Assembly (NCBI RefSeq): GCF_009914755.1 | Contig: NC_060930.1 | Strand: one strand, 5' to 3' | Origin: the human T2T-CHM13v2.0 reference genome, Homo sapiens | Length of the DNA: 64,000 nt | In this document: positions 62,695 to 64,000 of the stretch, in pieces | How the letters are laid out: each line of letters begins with the position of its first letter | Numbering within the stretch: the stretch's first letter is position 1 | Notes under the pieces: model-generated | The model's database searches: none | Told to the model about the DNA's origin: nothing | What the model saw: only the letters and a program-made list of their open reading frames with translations | Position numbers and translations under genes: made by a program

Positions 62695-63266
62695 CAGAGG
62701 TCCCCAACCCCTGGACCACAGACCAATACTGGCCTGTGAGCCAAGCAGGCGAAGTTTCATCTGAATTTACAGCCACTCCCCATCACTTACATTACTGCCC
62801 AAGCTCTGCCTCCTGTGAGATAAGCAGCAGCATTAGATTCTCGTAAGAGCCTGAACCCTATTGTGAACTGTGCATGCCAGGGATCTAGGTTGCGCACTCC
62901 TTATGAGAATCTAATACCTGATTATCTGTCATTGTCTCCCATCACCCCCAGATGGGACTGTCTAGTTGTAGGAAAACAGGCTTAGAGCTCCCACTGATTC
63001 TACATTATGGTGAGTTGTATAATTATTTCATTATGCATTACAATGTAACAATATTAGGTTGATGCAAAAGTAATTGGGGTTTTTGTCGTTAAAAGGAATG
63101 GCAAAAATTGCAATTACTTTTGCACCAACCTACAATAGAAATAATGTGCACAATAAATGTAATGTGTACGAATCATCCCCAAACCATCCCCCTACCATCC
63201 TGGTCTGTGGAAAAACTGTCTTCCACAAAAACCGGTCCCTTGTGCCGAAAAGGTTGGGGACTGCTG
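62695..63266. mobile_element. MER1A hAT element
   Basis: cagaggtccccaacc...ggttggggactgctg TIRs; 8-bp TSD ctgtacag on both sides. Confidence 0.9.
63054..63133. mobile_element. MADE1 (Hsmar1 MITE) nested in MER1A
   Basis: 80-bp palindrome ttaggttgatgcaaaagtaattg...caattacttttgcaccaacctac preceded by TA. Confidence 0.9.
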
Positions 63267-63286
63267 CTGTACAGTGTATGTGTGTA

Positions 63287-63610
63287 CAGTGATCCCTACG
63301 TATCCATAGGGGATTGGTTCCAGGACCCCCCACAACAACCTGCAGATAACAACATCCATGGTGCTCGCTACACCCTTAAAATGGTGTAGTGTTTGCATAT
63401 AACCTGCACATATCCTCCCATATAAGACATCTTGAGATTACTTATAATACCTAACACAATGTAAATGCTATGTAAATAGTTGTTACACTGTATTTTTAAA
63501 TTTGTATTTTTTTATTGTTGTGTTTTTATTTTTTTTAACCCCTGAATATTTTCCATCTGTGGTTGGCTTAATCCTCTGATGAGGAAACTATGGATACAGA
63601 AGGCTGACTG
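63287..63610. mobile_element. MER2 (Tigger family)
   Basis: TA|cagtgatccctacgtatccat...atggatacagaaggctgactg|TA. Confidence 0.8.
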
Positions 63611-64000
63611 TATTACCTTGTGTGGCAGGGGGTAGGGAAGGAGTTAAATATAGCTACTCAAGAAATCAGTATTCTAGAAACGTTGTAAAGTAATTGTAAG
63701 AAAGCTGTGAAAGGTAGTTAAGCACCTGAATTTACCAATGTTAAAAGACCTTAAAAAAAAAAAAACTTGTACTCTTTTAAAAACATCATATTGTGAATAT
63801 TAAAACACTGTCATCCTCTGAATCAATTCATACTATAATGAGAAATATTTATGAATGTTAAAGTGAGGAAAGCTTATAATTATCAGCCTAGGGTAGCCTA
63901 GGGTATAGGAAGAAAGCACAATGTTTCTTGATGATCTGAATAAAAATGCTTATTTTTTTATTTTAAAATAACAAAAATACAATAATTTATAACCAAAATA

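Overview
Human (primate) genomic DNA: AT-rich, mostly intronic and dense in repeats. The only host coding sequence I recognise is a 139-bp minus-strand exon at 42886-43024 (LVSLWESDISVHPLTLPSATCLELLLILSKSNANLPSSLRRVNSFQ). From memory it matches the penultimate coding exon of UBE3D (6q14), which would place the whole window in its two long flanking introns. The most striking object is a very young L1HS Ta-1 insertion at 53658-57379. It has a perfect 14-bp TSD, a twin-priming 5' inversion with a ~69-codon deletion, uninterrupted ORF2 pieces, and a 27-nt 3' transduction with its own AATAAA between two poly(A) tails. Its 3' part lies in the same sense as UBE3D. Other unusual structures: a template-switch inverted duplication forming a 48-bp hairpin (46101-46226), an ancient 5'-inverted L1MC, a tail-less Alu head and a 22-nt micro-retroinsertion inside a near full-length L1MA2-like element, two in-phase candidate alternative last exons for UBE3D, and an unidentified pseudogene-like fragment. 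Repeat subfamily names come from recalled consensus motifs, not a database search, and boundaries of old repeats are approximate. Nearly all ORFs in the supplied track are repeat-derived or spurious.
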